NCBI GenBank assembly: GCA_963789365.1
Contig: CAWBKJ010000004.1
Span: 448,005 to 512,004 of the forward strand
DNA: 64,000 nucleotides
From: an uncultured Gammaproteobacteria bacterium
Lineage (GTDB): Bacteria > Pseudomonadota > Gammaproteobacteria > Steroidobacterales > Steroidobacteraceae
Direction of reading: 5' to 3'
Within the stretch, counting starts at the first letter, position 1; the number at the start of each line of letters is the position of its first letter. Under the pieces are notes generated by a model. That model saw only the letters and a program-made list of their open reading frames with translations. It ran no database searches and was not told the DNA's origin. Shown here piece by piece: positions 62,564 through 64,000 of the stretch. The position numbers and the translations under genes are program-made.

Positions 62564-62578
62564 GGACCATAATAGTCC
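62564..62578. promoter_or_regulatory. Rrf2/IscR-type operator palindrome overlapping a -10-like hexamer
   Basis: GGACcATAATaGTCC. The core GACcATAATAGTC fits the IscR type-1 core GACTRWWWYAGTC at all but one position. cataat lies inside it. It sits 17-31 nt upstream of the Rrf2 regulator ATG, just before the AGGAGG RBS. Confidence 0.5.
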
Positions 62579-62594
62579 CAGATTAGGAGGCCTT

Positions 62595-63062
62595 ATGCTG
62601 CGCATCAGCAAAATGACCGATTACGCCACCGTATTGCTGGCCCGCCTGGCCACGGCCCCGGACCAGCAATGGACCGCCGCACAGCTGGCGGCGCAGACCC
62701 ATCTGGCCCCCCCTACCGTCAGCAAAGCGCTCAAGCAGCTGCACCGGCGGGGCCTGGTCAGTTCCACGCGCGGATTGCACGGCGGGTACCGGCTCGCTCG
62801 GCCAGCCGCAGAGATCACCGCGGCCCAGATACTCGATGCCCTCGAGGGACCGATGGCGCTGATCGAATGCGCCCGCCAGGTGCATTACTGCAGTATCGAG
62901 AGCACCTGCGGCGTGGGGCGGGCGTGGCAGCGCGTCAACCTGGCGATTCGGCGCTCATTGCAGGAAATCACGCTGCTGGAACTGGCCGGACTGGGCGCCG
63001 GGCCGGCCCGCTTTGCCGCGCTCGAGCGTCAGCTTCGAACCGCGCGAACGGAGCGATCATGA
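62595..63062 (+). CDS. Rrf2 family (IscR/SufR-like) transcriptional regulator
   Basis: [19 protein letters not shown]...[18 protein letters not shown] winged helix, with three Cys ([14 protein letters not shown]) suited to Fe-S binding. There is a 4-nt overlap with sufB. Confidence 0.88.
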   Translation: MLRISKMTDYATVLLARLATAPDQQWTAAQLAAQTHLAPPTVSKALKQLHRRGLVSSTRGLHGGYRLARPAAEITAAQILDALEGPMALIECARQVHYCSIESTCGVGRAWQRVNLAIRRSLQEITLLELAGLGAGPARFAALERQLRTARTERS

Positions 63063-64000
63063 GCAGCAATTCTGAGCTGGCAGCGCTGTTCAGCCGCGGC
63101 TATCAGCACGGCTTTGTCACGGACATCGAGTCCGATACCGTGCCCCCTGGCCTCGATGAATCCGTCGTGCGGCTTATCTCCGCCAAGAAGCGCGAGCCGC
63201 AGTTCCTGCTGGCGTGGCGGCTCAAGGCCTACGAGCACTGGCGCACGATGCGCGAGCCCCGATGGGCGCATCTGCGCTACCCGAGCATCGACTTTGATGC
63301 GATCTCCTATTACTCCGCCCCCAAACCTAAGGGTGGGGGGCCCAAGAGCTTGGCCGAAGTCGACCCAAAGCTGCTCGAGACCTACGCCAAGCTCGGCGTG
63401 CCGCTGCACGAGCGGGCACGGCTGGCCGGGGTGGCCGTCGATGCGGTGTTCGACAGCGTTTCGGTGGCCACGACCTTTAAGAGCCGGCTGGCCGAGGCCG
63501 GCGTGATTTTCTGCCCGTTTTCGGAGGCGGTGATTTCCCACCCGGCCCTGGTCGAGCAATACCTCGGAAGCGTCGTGCCCTATACCGACAACTTCTACGC
63601 GACCTTAAATTGCGCCGTGTTTTCCGATGGCTCCTTCGTGTACGTGCCCCCGGGGGTGCGCTGTCCCATGGAGCTATCGACCTACTTTCGAATAAATGCC
63701 GCCAACACCGGTCAGTTCGAGCGCACGCTGGTGATCGCGGACAAGGGCAGCCACGTGAGCTATCTGGAGGGCTGCACGGCACCGATGCGCGATGAGAACC
63801 AGCTACACGCCGCCGTGGTGGAACTGGTGGCGCTGGAAGATGCGCAAATCAAGTATTCGACCGTGCAGAATTGGTATCCCGGCGATGCCGCAGGGCGCGG
63901 GGGCATCTACAATTTCGTCACCAAGCGCGGCGAATGCCGCGGCCGCAATTCGCGCATTTCCTGGACACAGGTGGAAACGGGTTCGGCGATCACCTGGAAG
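63059..64000 (+). CDS. sufB: Fe-S cluster assembly scaffold SufB (5' ~314 codons, runs off window end)
   Basis: My translation from ATG 63059 gives [26 protein letters not shown]...[37 protein letters not shown]...IYNFVTKRG. This is canonical SufB. It is not in the ORF track because it is open at the window end. Confidence 0.92.
   Translation, partial: MSSNSELAALFSRGYQHGFVTDIESDTVPPGLDESVVRLISAKKREPQFLLAWRLKAYEHWRTMREPRWAHLRYPSIDFDAISYYSAPKPKGGGPKSLAEVDPKLLETYAKLGVPLHERARLAGVAVDAVFDSVSVATTFKSRLAEAGVIFCPFSEAVISHPALVEQYLGSVVPYTDNFYATLNCAVFSDGSFVYVPPGVRCPMELSTYFRINAANTGQFERTLVIADKGSHVSYLEGCTAPMRDENQLHAAVVELVALEDAQIKYSTVQNWYPGDAAGRGGIYNFVTKRGECRGRNSRISWTQVETGSAITWK

Overview
This is a high-GC chromosomal segment from a Gram-negative bacterium. 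Hand-counted 60-nt samples give about 66-68% GC in core genes. Gene content and order suggest an hrcA-carrying Gammaproteobacterium of the Xanthomonadales/Nevskiales kind, but that is inference only. The relevant blocks are ftsH-rlmE / yhbY / greA-carBA-dapB-dnaJK-grpE-hrcA, nadK-recN, fur/bamE, rnfH-ratA, smpB-ssrA, dapA plus a gene in the bamC position / gcvR-bcp, mlaFEDCB and suf. About 60 protein genes, tmRNA, SRP RNA and tRNA-Ser(GGA) are supported. There are two accessory parts. One is a lower-GC segment directly 3' of ssrA (18.4-24.1 kb, perhaps to 27.3 kb) that encodes exported proteins. The other is a complete glycine betaine -> dimethylglycine -> sarcosine -> glycine locus (MttB-family methyltransferase, DMGDH-like enzyme, TetR, soxBDAG). 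Four conserved genes (ftsH, hrcA, the DMGDH-like gene and the mttB-like gene) each carry one single-base reading-frame break, which looks more like assembly indel error than real decay. I found no CRISPR array, IS element, integrase, prophage or recognisable defence system, and nothing here can honestly be called a clearly novel system. The best follow-up candidates are the betaine locus without a corrinoid partner, the ssrA-adjacent island with a decayed ssrA-3'-end-like sequence, the orn-DUF1249-coiled-coil operon, and the lipoprotein/beta-barrel gene in the bamC position.
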